Shown here: piece after piece, positions 30,601-40,300 of the stretch | Numbering within the stretch: the first letter of the stretch is position 1 | Layout of the letters: the number at the start of each line of letters is the position of its first letter | Assembly (NCBI GenBank): GCA_963674785.1 | Contig: OY771555.1 | Coordinates: 1,504,001-1,568,000, forward strand | Origin: Caldisericia bacterium | GTDB lineage: Bacteria > Caldisericota > Caldisericia > JAAYUI01 | DNA: 64,000 nucleotides | Direction: 5' to 3' | Made by a program: the position numbers and the translations under genes | Notes under the pieces: model-generated | The model's input: the letters and a program-made list of their open reading frames with translations, nothing else | Told to the model about the DNA's origin: nothing | The model's database searches: none

Positions 30601-32787
30601 TTCAACAACAAGGTCAAGATCGTTTACAAGATGAGTGAGAGCGCCTGGAATGGATGGATAATCTGACCATACGAGGTTTACTTTGAATGTTCCTGGTCCA
30701 GCCATAATTGGGAAGCCGACCCTCTGTCCTGTTACAACACCAGGTTTGTAGTCAGAGTAGTCTCTTCGTGTTGGTGCTGTTGGGAAAAGGGTGTCATAGA
30801 GATCAACATATCCCCATCCACCGATGTAGCTTGGAGTGAAAAGAGGTGTGCCATCATAGTCTTCTCTGATGTCTCTTGAACCATTGAGGAGTAATGCTTT
30901 TACAAGAGCTGCTGATGGTTCCCCATGAAGCTCAACTTCATCAAGCCACTGCTGGGCAAGCACAGAGCATCCGGCTACGTTTGGACATGACATGGAGGTG
31001 CCAGATGCCTCGGAGTATGTTGTTGTGTATGCCTCAATACCCATGACGTTTGCACCGGGACCTGTGATGTCTGGTTTGATTCTGGTGTCTGGTGTTGGAC
31101 CGCGGGACGAGAATCTTGCTACAACCTCTGCATGAACTTCGTGAACTCTTCTTCCGACTGAGTGGCTATATGTTAGAGGTGCGTCGATTCTGATTCTGTT
31201 TCCGCCTATTCTTGCGGTGTATGTTCTAAATTCGTCTTCGCCTGGGTTGTCTCCCGCGATCATGACCCTGTTACTTCTGCTGGCATTAAGGTTGAAACCG
31301 GCATTACTTGTGACCCAGAGGATAGTATCTCCTGGGTTTGCAATGTTTGTGAGTGATGTCGATGGTCTGTTGTTTCCGCCTGCTGCAACGCTCATGTCAT
31401 TTTTGGCAACGGATGGTGTTCCGAGGGTTGATGTACCTGGTCCGCTGTTTCCTGCAGAGATACAAACAACCATGTCTGGATTATCCCAAACAAATTGGTC
31501 TGTGTACTGACATTCTGCGGTATAGGTATCAATGCTTGAACCCCAGGAGTTACTGTGAACTCTTGCTCCAAGACCGTAGGAATCTGGAAGACCTGGGTTG
31601 AGGTATCCTAAACCTCTCTGTACAACAAGACCTGCCTCTGGTGCTACGCCTGAGTACTGTCCAAGTGGGGAGTTGTATCCATCACCCATTACCTGGCCTG
31701 ATGTGAAGGTACCATGTCCGTTATAGTCACTCCAGTCCTTTGACTGAGTTGGATCTGGCCCAGCTGGTGCAGAGTTATATCCGAAGTGTCCTACAATTCT
31801 TGGTGGGATACCAAAGTCTCTGTTTAATGTTGCAAGGTTTCCTGTGTCGCAACCTGTATCCTGGACACAAGCTACTCTTCCTTGTCCTCTGAGACCATAA
31901 TCCCAGACACCTTCTGATCTTGCTTCAAGGCTTGGTGATGAGTCATCACTTCTTGCCTCAATACCCATGATCTCTCTTGATCTGTCCATGAAAAGTTCTG
32001 GTTCAACATACGGGGTTATTGATGAAACTGCTTCAATCCATGCAATGCTTGCGATATCTTCTGCTTCGCATTCAATATTTATGCTTCCGTATTCTTTTTC
32101 AATGCTTCCGTCAAAACATTCGCCTGGAATAAGGTTTCTTACATCTGAAATTTTCTCATCAGAGTACAGATTGACAGTAATTTTTACAAGATTTTCTTCG
32201 TCAGCCTGAATTGTGTTTGCTATTTTTAAACCTGGATGCAGAGGTGTTCCACCAATTACTCTTCCCCAGCTATGTAGTTTTGAAACTTCATTTGCTGATG
32301 CCTTGATGATGATGCCGCCATCGGGAAGGTAACCCTGGATTTTTGCACCATTTGCTCTTATATTTTCTGTCCATTCGTTTTTAATTGGGAGGTCAAACTG
32401 GACGATGTAGTGGGTATCACCCATTGGCATGATATTTGGAATTGTCAAATCGTTTGGGAGTTCAGGGGAGACTCTTAAAATCCTGTCCCCATCAGCAATC
32501 AGCTTATAATCATTAATACTGACTTCTGTAAATGGGATAAATGGATTAACTACAAAGCCGTCACTTTCCAAAGAAGGAACAATGTTTGGTGCAATATTGC
32601 AGATTGCAAAATTATCGTACTCTTCAACAATCGATACGCCTGAAACGTGTAAAGAGTCAAAGTTTGTAGCCTTATTCCCAAGCTGAACCTTAAATAATTG
32701 TCCATCAGCGTTGGTTGGGATAATTGTGAGCAGGCTGAAAACCATTATAAAAGCCACAACAATAGCGATTGTCTTAAATCGGTGCAT
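27655..32787 (-). CDS. Secreted S8 subtilisin-family protease (KP-43-like) with Ig-like, beta-propeller, DUF11-like and PKD domains
   Basis: Triad VQDTG, NGHGT, SGTSMS; HSNSWG, SAGNSG, FSSRGP..D.RIKPD, PSAALVKALL, LVNDLDL, NNVE; C-terminal IDWGDG..HSYGSPGEY; GGAGG SD before ATG 32787. Confidence 0.9.
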   Translation of the reverse strand: MHRFKTIAIVVAFIMVFSLLTIIPTNADGQLFKVQLGNKATNFDSLHVSGVSIVEEYDNFAICNIAPNIVPSLESDGFVVNPFIPFTEVSINDYKLIADGDRILRVSPELPNDLTIPNIMPMGDTHYIVQFDLPIKNEWTENIRANGAKIQGYLPDGGIIIKASANEVSKLHSWGRVIGGTPLHPGLKIANTIQADEENLVKITVNLYSDEKISDVRNLIPGECFDGSIEKEYGSINIECEAEDIASIAWIEAVSSITPYVEPELFMDRSREIMGIEARSDDSSPSLEARSEGVWDYGLRGQGRVACVQDTGCDTGNLATLNRDFGIPPRIVGHFGYNSAPAGPDPTQSKDWSDYNGHGTFTSGQVMGDGYNSPLGQYSGVAPEAGLVVQRGLGYLNPGLPDSYGLGARVHSNSWGSSIDTYTAECQYTDQFVWDNPDMVVCISAGNSGPGTSTLGTPSVAKNDMSVAAGGNNRPSTSLTNIANPGDTILWVTSNAGFNLNASRSNRVMIAGDNPGEDEFRTYTARIGGNRIRIDAPLTYSHSVGRRVHEVHAEVVARFSSRGPTPDTRIKPDITGPGANVMGIEAYTTTYSEASGTSMSCPNVAGCSVLAQQWLDEVELHGEPSAALVKALLLNGSRDIREDYDGTPLFTPSYIGGWGYVDLYDTLFPTAPTRRDYSDYKPGVVTGQRVGFPIMAGPGTFKVNLVWSDYPSIPGALTHLVNDLDLVVESPGGDIYRGNQYVGGIGFSSDSEINATSTDTANNVEGVTINNSLETGMYMVYVDAANVPQGPQPFAVSIEYEAIVPDFDVRVTPDLVDIDSDWRTGTFPVDVTPIAGFTGDVALSCSLIPAELNSSFNPNSVYLNIDTETSILTLSTSDQLPVGTYYIIVRGTSGNLYHEDIITIRVRPGPNYKFDFIKDVGKGGIGNTHGDNGVMVYPSEKLGYSMQYNLGDMDLFAEMTVEDAIPMGAYYNGKAFPIPTHYSADNGNTWINERIPDGVGYGYRMRWDIHNIPGSGHLMRLSTGIPGYDNVSDDIESSTQQVMEIDSMGYPHVVWSNHILGSFPSDDEIFYTKWNGNEWVDLQGDPGISNISNTAATISANPDMFIDDLDNPHFIWKEDELSVHHCYWNGSSLVKLDGTAGTDILTTGLNSSYRYYSPRIEQGENGDISVVFSYYMPGGWVWNGMWWTYVNPAYGLYFTKVSGGIWTQLDGVTPGAQQELNSGNWTSSPTLAVDSNGDTYAGIETREWFWWFIIDDSLLVSKWNSATNNWTHFNGVTPGWEDMVPTIGLFAVAHSNAELKMQTGDIPHLTWMDEQIGSSDIIYTRFDGGQWVTANGTPGYENITNSALIEDNPYVCLQPDGRPALIWEEQSDSTNIRFSWFNAGWRDLFNNGGSEAITDIDSESILPNAQIDNSGTPFFSFVDNRTGDDDVYVTYPVLEYENANFPGEIIWEAKINDEIPTGVNAIVNNAYISGVYIDGATNFETTKTKSTTSNPFKTKLRVSKTADKSNVRVNEKIEYTIVVTNEGSIALTDVSVNDYMPKGMEYISSRPEAKIRTNGVYWIINKIEAGSSVTLKVWAKITDERLNGKVVQNKVAVTASNANVKAEDYSSVIVTTNTSGFPAPDATFKVNGDAKSNSDTEFILQVWSGNGPFSFKIDWGDGDSTSGNAELKTPKTLIHSYGSPGEYKIECEVSDRYGVTKLIEYKVQVN

Positions 32788-32928
32788 GTCCACCTCCATT
32801 TGATTCTGCCAATAAATCCTGAAATAAAAAGACATTCGTACTATATATTAATAAACTGTTACTTTCAAGTATTATGAGATTTTTTCAATAATGAGAAGAT
32901 TTTGCACATTTGTATTTTTAAATCGATA

Positions 32929-32958
32929 TTGACGTTTTACCTTCCTTTTCTGTATACT
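32929..32958 (+). promoter_or_regulatory. Sigma70-type promoter giving a probable leaderless rel mRNA
   Basis: TTGACG (32929)-18 nt-TATACT (32953); ATG 7 nt after the -10; no SD. Confidence 0.6.
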
Positions 32959-32965
32959 ACTCTCC

Positions 32966-34942
32966 ATGTCTGTAGAAAGCAAAACGCCTCTTGAGTTATT
33001 TGAAGAACTTGTTGATAAAGCCAAGTACCTTGTTGATGTAAGGGATGACCTCTACAAGGCTTTCGATATTGCAGAGCGTTATCACGATGGGCAAAAAAGA
33101 GAAAGTGGCGATCCCTATGTTACGCATCCTCTTAATGTCGCGATACTTTTGACTGAGCTTGAGGCAGACCTACCTACTCTTCAAGCGGCAATTTTACACG
33201 ATACCATAGAAGATACGTCCATGAAGGAAAGCACTATTTCCGATCATTTTGGAAAAGAAGTTTTGGAATTAGTGTTGGGGATGACAAAGTTATCAAAAGT
33301 TAAATTTAAATCCAGCAAAGACAAACAGCTCGAAAATATTCGAAAAATGCTTCTTGCGATGGCAAGTGATATTAGAGTAGTTTTGATAAAACTTGCAGAT
33401 CGACTTCATAATATGAGTTCAATTGGTATTTTCCCTAGAAAAAAACAGACTAGAATTGCCCAAGAGACAATGGATATTTTTGTTCCTCTTGCTGGAAGGT
33501 TAGGGATATACAAATTTAAGTGGCAGCTCGAGGATTTGTGTTTTAGGTACCTTGATCCAGATACGTACAAAGAACTTGGGAAGAAGGTAGAATTAAAAAG
33601 GTCTGAACGCGACCTTTTTGTTGGCGAGTTATCTCTAGAATTGAAAGCGCTTCTTGAGGATGCCAAGGTAAAAGGCGAGATTTCAGGAAGAGTAAAAAAT
33701 CTATATAGCATTTATAAAAAAATGAGAAAAGAAAACAAGAATCTTGATGAAGTTTTTGACCTTCATGCAGTTAGAGTTCTTGTGGATGATATACCAACAT
33801 GTTATAAGATTTTAGGACTTGTACATGCAACTTGGAAACCTCTTCCTGGCCGAATAAAAGACTATATTGCGATCCCAAAATCAAATGGTTATCAATCATT
33901 ACACACAACAGTAATTGGATCAAATGGTAGCCCAGTAGAGATCCAAATTAGAACATTTCAAATGCACGAGGATGCTGAGTATGGGATATCAGCACATTGG
34001 AAATACAAAGAAGGAAAAAAGACTTTCAGTGCCAATTACGAGCAAAAGCTCAATTGGCTGAGACAGTTACTCGAATGGCAGGGAGAGCTTGAGCCATCAG
34101 AGGATTTTGTAGAACGTGTTAAGACCGATTTGTTCTCTGATGAAGTTTTAGTTTTTACTCCCAAAGGAGACATTATCAATCTTCCCGCTGGTGCAACCCC
34201 TATTGATTTTGCCTACAGGATTCATACTGAGGTTGGGCATAGTTGCAATGGTGCGAAAGTAAACGATAAAATCGTCCCGCTGACATACAAACTCAAAACG
34301 GGTGACCGTGTGCGCGTAATGACCAGCAAAAAAATCAGAGGTCCGTCAAGGGATTGGTTGAGTATTGTTGCGGCACACTCTACAAAATCAAAAATCAGAC
34401 AGTGGTTTAAGAAAGCCTTGGAGTCAACAGAGGTAGCCCATGTACCTGATAAACCAAAGGCTGCCCCGCAGAAGAGAAAGCCAATCAAGGTTGGTAAAGA
34501 AGGTGCACTTGTTGAGTTGGAAGGAATTGATAATTCACCAGTTGTGCTTGCGCATTGTTGCAATCCAATCTTTGGTGATGAGATAGTTGGATTTATAACT
34601 AGAGGGCGTGGGGTTAGTGTACACAGGACAACTTGTCCTAACCTCAAACATCTATCACACGAGAATGATCGATTTGTGAAAGCAAGATGGGTTGATGAAT
34701 CAAAGCAATCATTCATTGTCAGAATTTCTCTTGTTGTTGAAAACAGAACTGGAGTCCTCGCGATGCTTTCTGGGATAATTTCTGAGATGGACATAAATAT
34801 CCAGATGGCAAAAGCATCTAAGATAGACTCAAAAAGAACCAGATTGATTTTTGCCCTTGAAGTGACATCAAATAGGGAGTTGAACGACACGATTGCCAGG
34901 CTTGAGCAGGTTATTGAAGTAAAGAAAGTCACAAGACAATGA
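32966..34942 (+). CDS. rel: Bifunctional (p)ppGpp synthetase/hydrolase
   Basis: HDTIED hydrolase motif, IKLADRLHNM, RIKDYIAIPKSNGYQSLH, EIQIRT, TGS (DFAYRIHTEVG), CCNP, ACT. Confidence 0.95.
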   Translation: MSVESKTPLELFEELVDKAKYLVDVRDDLYKAFDIAERYHDGQKRESGDPYVTHPLNVAILLTELEADLPTLQAAILHDTIEDTSMKESTISDHFGKEVLELVLGMTKLSKVKFKSSKDKQLENIRKMLLAMASDIRVVLIKLADRLHNMSSIGIFPRKKQTRIAQETMDIFVPLAGRLGIYKFKWQLEDLCFRYLDPDTYKELGKKVELKRSERDLFVGELSLELKALLEDAKVKGEISGRVKNLYSIYKKMRKENKNLDEVFDLHAVRVLVDDIPTCYKILGLVHATWKPLPGRIKDYIAIPKSNGYQSLHTTVIGSNGSPVEIQIRTFQMHEDAEYGISAHWKYKEGKKTFSANYEQKLNWLRQLLEWQGELEPSEDFVERVKTDLFSDEVLVFTPKGDIINLPAGATPIDFAYRIHTEVGHSCNGAKVNDKIVPLTYKLKTGDRVRVMTSKKIRGPSRDWLSIVAAHSTKSKIRQWFKKALESTEVAHVPDKPKAAPQKRKPIKVGKEGALVELEGIDNSPVVLAHCCNPIFGDEIVGFITRGRGVSVHRTTCPNLKHLSHENDRFVKARWVDESKQSFIVRISLVVENRTGVLAMLSGIISEMDINIQMAKASKIDSKRTRLIFALEVTSNRELNDTIARLEQVIEVKKVTRQ

Positions 34943-35388
34943 GGGCAGTTGTTCAAAGAGTAACAGACGCTTCTGTTGTTGTTGATTCGTCTGTGGTTTC
35001 TTCGATTGGAAATGGATTACTTGTTTTACTATGTGCTGTTTCAGGCGATGATGAAAAAGATGTTGAATACATAACAAGAAAAATCTCCAGTCTTAGGGTT
35101 TTCCCAGACTCAGATGGAAAAATGAACTTGAATATAAATCAGGTTGGTGGGTCAATTCTTCTTGTATCTCAGTTTACCTTGGCTGGAGATGTCAGAAGGG
35201 GAAATCGACCGGAATTTACAACTGCAATGCGTCCAGAATCTGCGACGGTAATGATTAACCAGATCGTGGATATTTTTAAAGGTAACAATATCAAAGTTGA
35301 ACAAGGAGTGTTTGGTGCTCACATGGAGGTTAAGCTGACCAATGATGGTCCAGTGACCATACTTCTTGATTCGAAGAAGGTGTTTTAA
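34939..35388 (+). CDS. dtd: D-aminoacyl-tRNA deacylase
   Basis: MRAVVQRV, VSQFTL, GNRP, FGAHM, NDGPVT. Confidence 0.96.
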   Translation: MRAVVQRVTDASVVVDSSVVSSIGNGLLVLLCAVSGDDEKDVEYITRKISSLRVFPDSDGKMNLNINQVGGSILLVSQFTLAGDVRRGNRPEFTTAMRPESATVMINQIVDIFKGNNIKVEQGVFGAHMEVKLTNDGPVTILLDSKKVF

Positions 35389-35391
35389 AAA

Positions 35392-36042
35392 ATGACTATT
35401 GAAAGATTTCCAAATGGAATGCTCGATGTAAACACTTACCTTGTTTACTCTGACAAAAAAAATGCTGTGGTGATTGACCCATCATATGAAGTTCAACCAG
35501 TCCTTGATAGAATTGAAGAACTTGGTTTGAATTGTGTTTATATCATCAATACACATGGACATGCGGATCATATATCTGGTAACTCTGTAATAAAGAATGC
35601 AACAAGTGCAGATATCTTAATTCACGAAAATGCAAAAGATGCATTGGTGAATCCAAAATCAAATCTTTCAATCTCTCTTCCTCCAATTGTAGAATCACCG
35701 CCAGCAGATAGAGTTCTTTGCGATAATGACGAGATTTTAGTTGATGATGGTTTGAAATTGAAAGTTTTGTTTACTCCTGGTCATTGCCCTGGTCACGTCT
35801 GTCTCCTTTGCGAAAATAATGCGTTTACAGGCGATTTGCTTTTTGCTGGGTCAATCGGAAGAACCGATTTTCCAAACTGTGATATTTATCAGATGAGAGA
35901 TTCTCTAAGAAGGATAAGCAAAGAGATCCCAGATGATTTTAACATCCTCCCGGGACATAATGAAACAAGCACCCATATAAAAGAAAAAAGCTCTAATTAT
36001 CTATACAAAAGTATGATAAGAGGAGATATATCCGATCTATAA
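35392..36042 (+). CDS. MBL-fold metallo-hydrolase (glyoxalase II-like)
   Basis: THGHADH, TPGH, FTGDLLF..SIGRTD, PGH; usual rel-dtd-MBL synteny. Confidence 0.9.
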   Translation: MTIERFPNGMLDVNTYLVYSDKKNAVVIDPSYEVQPVLDRIEELGLNCVYIINTHGHADHISGNSVIKNATSADILIHENAKDALVNPKSNLSISLPPIVESPPADRVLCDNDEILVDDGLKLKVLFTPGHCPGHVCLLCENNAFTGDLLFAGSIGRTDFPNCDIYQMRDSLRRISKEIPDDFNILPGHNETSTHIKEKSSNYLYKSMIRGDISDL

Positions 36043-36045
36043 TCC

Positions 36046-36636
36046 TTAGAATTTCCTGAATACTCCTTTTACTCTACCAACGATAACGACCGATTCTGGA
36101 TTTATTACAGCTGAGTCTTTTTTTGAGTCAGACGGTTTTATAACAATTTTTGTACCAAAATGAAATAATTTTCCCAGTATCGGCTTGTATCCGTCGATTA
36201 GGCCTATAATTGTGTCACCGTCCATAATTCCGTTTCCAGGTATAGCAATTACAAAATCACCATCTCGTACCCCCTCTTCTTCTAGTGATTTTCCCTGGAT
36301 GGCAACAGCAACACAATCAGAGTTTCTCCCAAAGATTTTATTCATCTTCAATGAACCAAGGTCGCGACTTGTTTTGTTAATTATATCTTGAAGAGTTGTA
36401 ATTTTAAGATTCGGTGCACTGAAATCTTTAAGTTGCATTGATCTTGCTTTATTTGGGTGTTTTTCTAAAAAACCTTTACATATCAGCCTTGAAACATGTT
36501 CATGGACTGTAGAAATTGACGATAACCCCATAGCCTCCCTTATCTCATCGAGACTGGGTGCAAATCCGTGATCAATCGAAAAATCACTGATAAAACCGAG
36601 AATATCCTTCTCCCTTTTTGTAAGATATTTTTCCAT
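36046..36636 (-). CDS. LexA-like repressor with degenerate autoprotease domain
   Basis: LTKREKDILGFI...GFAPSLDEI...SISTVHEHVSRL...KARSM is a LexA wHTH; GKSL..EGVRDGD; C-terminal IVGRVKGVFR. Confidence 0.8.
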   Translation of the reverse strand: MEKYLTKREKDILGFISDFSIDHGFAPSLDEIREAMGLSSISTVHEHVSRLICKGFLEKHPNKARSMQLKDFSAPNLKITTLQDIINKTSRDLGSLKMNKIFGRNSDCVAVAIQGKSLEEEGVRDGDFVIAIPGNGIMDGDTIIGLIDGYKPILGKLFHFGTKIVIKPSDSKKDSAVINPESVVIVGRVKGVFRKF

Positions 36637-36978
36637 TATCGGTCACCTCTCTATCATTCATACGATATTTTCGGCGAATCAGTTCATAAATTTCTCTTAA
36701 CCTTGTGTGTAATAATTTTACGAAAAAAAACCGAAAATGCAAATCGCCAATAGATTTGCTCAAAATACGTCACCCGATGTCTGTAGTTGAGTTTACATGC
36801 ACTTGCTACAAAAACACCTCATATCACTAAATATTGCTCCAGACAGTGATTCTATTCTGTATAAATACACTAAACAGCTGATTAATATATATAAATTATT
36901 TTTATGCAAATATATATTAGTAAAGATATGATAACACTCAAATCAATATATCTACAATAGCAAAAAGCATAAAACCTA

Positions 36979-37007
36979 TTGACAAGTCGCTATATAGCAC
37001 ATAGACT
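36979..37007 (+). promoter_or_regulatory. Sigma70-type promoter with a palindrome in the spacer
   Basis: TTGACA (36979)-17 nt-TAGACT (37002); GCTATATAGC at 36989-36998. Confidence 0.65.
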
Positions 37008-37036
37008 ACGTGACTGAAGTAGATTGGAGGCGGTTT

Positions 37037-37249
37037 ATGGAAGATAAAAAATTGCTGAGCCTTAAGGAGGCTGCTGAATTACTGGGTATCCATTACACTA
37101 CGATGCGTCAGTATGTGCGTAAAGGGAAATTCCCAGTCGTTCGAATTGGTCGACTTCTCAAGATAGAAGCTTCTGATCTGGAGTCATACATCAAAAGCAA
37201 CAAAGTGATCCTTAGAGAAGATGACTTACAGAAAGAAGATGAGGAATAA
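37037..37249 (+). CDS. Small excisionase-family (HTH_17 / BldC-like) DNA-binding protein
   Basis: LLSLKEAAELLGIHYTTMRQYVRKGKFPVVRIGRLLKIEASDLESYI; GGAGG SD before ATG 37037. Confidence 0.88.
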   Translation: MEDKKLLSLKEAAELLGIHYTTMRQYVRKGKFPVVRIGRLLKIEASDLESYIKSNKVILREDDLQKEDEE

Positions 37250-37380
37250 CCATAATACCAACCGTTGGATAAACCAAATTCAGAAACCAAAGGTATTCTT
37301 GGTATGTTCGAGGAGTTCAGAATCATAAAGATTATTCAAAAAGGCACACTAATTTGTGTGAAAACTGAAAGGAGTGCCAA

Positions 37381-40300
37381 ATGAAGAAGCTGATAAATAT
37401 CGTGTTGTCATTACTTATGATGGCAAGTTTAATAACTGTTTTGCCTATGGCATCAGCAAGTGCTGCAGTTGCGGGAACACTGAATATCACAGTTGATCCA
37501 GCAGTCTGTGGAGAGGGGGCGGAGATTGTTCTTGAGTTTGAACAGGCTCCGGGAACTTTTAGCGGGTTCAACGTAACCTTTCTTGGAGGAGAGCTTCTTC
37601 CACCGACCTCAACCACTTCCTACAATTACTATGTGACTATGACAGTACAGGATAATGATTTGTTCACACCTTATCCTGTTTCTCAGTATATCGAATCGAT
37701 CACCACAAGTGGAAATACGCTTGAGATGAGGTTGATGAATGATTACACAGTCACAGGCACAAATGATGAGGTAAAGATTACCATCAATGAAAGCTTTGGC
37801 ATCAAATTACCACCTTGTCCTAATTGTGGACCACAAAACATTCAGGTTGAGGATGTCGATGCGGCTGGTACTCCATCTGGAGCAATTGCCATTAGCTCGT
37901 ATGAATTGATGGGAAAAGTTACTGAGATCAAGGTTTTGAGCGATCCCAACACTGCATCTTCATCAACATCAAGTTATTACTATGGTTATGGTTCAACTTC
38001 TTCAAATACCAAGTTCGGTGTCCTTTTTAGAAGAGATAGTTGTGGAGCACTCGATACAAATGAGTATATCCAGATAAAGTTTCCATCAAGTTTTGGTGGA
38101 TATACAACTTTCCCTGATGGTTTGCTGGATAGTTCAAAAGTAAGAGTTTGGCATGATCCTGTTGCCCCAATTTTCCAAGATACAGTAAGCCATCTTGATG
38201 GCGCACCATATTGGGTTCCATCAACTTCAGTTCCAGTTCTTGCTGTTGAGGCTGACTCAACACAAAGAACGATCACTGTGTATCTTGATGCTGGTGCATC
38301 AATTGCAGCAGATGACTATGTTAGTGTGATTTTTGATAAAGATATTGGCGTATCTCTTCCAACCACTGCGGGTTACCAGACGATTGAGGTTTCAACAACC
38401 GAAGAGTCATATTATGCAACTTCACCAGATTTTATGGTTGCAAATCAGGCTACCGTTGTTGCAAGATCAAATGCCGCAGGAGCTCAGGATGTTGAATACA
38501 ATATCGAGTGGAGTTTGCCAACTGGAATCACGCTCTCGGGAGATGCAGGGGACTGGATTGAGATTCAATTCCAGGATCTAGAAAATCTGAATTGGCCACT
38601 TTCCTCAAACACCCCGTTTGCACCCGGAATTGGCAATTATCCACCAACAGTCGCATTCACAAATTCTTCATACAGTTATTATTATAGTGATGTTGAATAC
38701 GGATCTGTTGTAGAGCCAACAGCACCAACTGCAACATTAAGAATCTATCTTCCACTTGGATATACTATCACTTCGGGCTCAAAATTTACCATGACTATCG
38801 ATCATCCAACACTCGACAACAATGTTAACCCTGGAAGATATAGGGTTATGCTCAAGCATAATAAAGATACTTCAAATACCTGGTCGTACTCAAATTATTT
38901 TGCTTTAATTGATGGAGTAATCTTCAATAGTGGATATGTCATTGTTGAGCCACCAACAGTAAGTAAAGAAGCTCAGTACACAATCCTCTTCGAAGTTGGA
39001 CAGGAACTTAGACCAGGTCAACAGATATTCATTGAATTCCCACAGGAAACTTCATTCACAAATTATACATCAATTCCAGCAGGTGGAGTCTGGTTGGTTT
39101 GGGATACGGTTACACCAACGTTTGGGGCAGATGATTGTGATATTAATTACAATACTGGAACGTGGGTTGAAGGCTTGCCGAGACCTCTTGAATTGAATCC
39201 GTCGATTTCAACAACAGGAACCAATAGAAAGGTAACCCTCACGCTTCCAGGTTCACCAGGTGATTATGTTATTAATGACACCGGTGATAATTTTGTTGCG
39301 ATCAGATTCTGTCTGAATGCTGGCATAAAAAATCCAATGACTGCAGGAATCTATAATCTTGAGGTTTCCACAACAACTCAGCCTGAAAGCTCTCTTTCTG
39401 CCCCATACACAATATCAACCTCGATTACAAATGTTGAGGTAACACCAACACCAAATGCAACATGCTCAAATGGAGTCCAGTATGAGGTCTCATTCAATAC
39501 AGGCGCAAACGGTGGGCTTGATGGTTCAGCCGGTGACTATATTGATATTGATTTCAGAGATCTAAACAAAAATCCTGCCCCTGATTATGCTTCAATCCTA
39601 AATACCTTTGAGTCAACCCAGGCTGTAACTGAAGTATCAGGATATAGTTCACCACCATTTGCAAGTTCAATGGCTTATTGGACAATCGGATTTAGAACCG
39701 GTGCTGCATTGGTTGCAGGCGATACAATTGATCTTCAATTCCCTCCGAATGTCACAGTTCCTGGAAGCATAAATGCAACAGATGTATTTATTTTTGATGC
39801 AACAGTTGCAGCACCAAGCATCTTTGATAACGATGTTCTTGGTGCAGGAGTTACCAATCCATCTGCAGTTGTTGTGGATGGAAACAGAATTACTCTTACA
39901 ACTTCCGCGGGATATGTGATTGACCAGATGATCTATATTAGATTCAGAAGGGCAGCAGGAATCATCAATCCATCTGCTCCAGGTTCAGCATACACAGTTA
40001 AGGTTGCAACATTGCAGCAGCCATATTTTACGCCAGGATTCTTTGCAATCACCGAAGACTTTATTCCGGATTACGGTGCACAGGTACCAACAGCTGATCC
40101 TGAGTGGAGAACAAATACAGCCCCAAGCCCTCTTACCGATGTATTCTGCCCAACTCCAATCCCAAATTCTGCAAGCTCTCCAGCACAGTATATCTTCTCA
40201 GTAAGAACACACGAAACTTGTCAGTTTTCTGGGTCAACTCTTACCGTCCAGTTCCCACAGGGGACATATATTCCAAGTTCAATTGACCCAAGTTTTATTC

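Noticed and set aside
34222-34956. 244-aa minus-strand ORF
   Set aside because: Antisense shadow of the rel C-terminal region
37037-37249. Excisionase as evidence of a prophage or ICE, with the LexA-like gene as phage repressor
   Set aside because: No integrase, att repeats or phage structural genes; flanks are housekeeping (rel-dtd, tldD-pmbA, murF)
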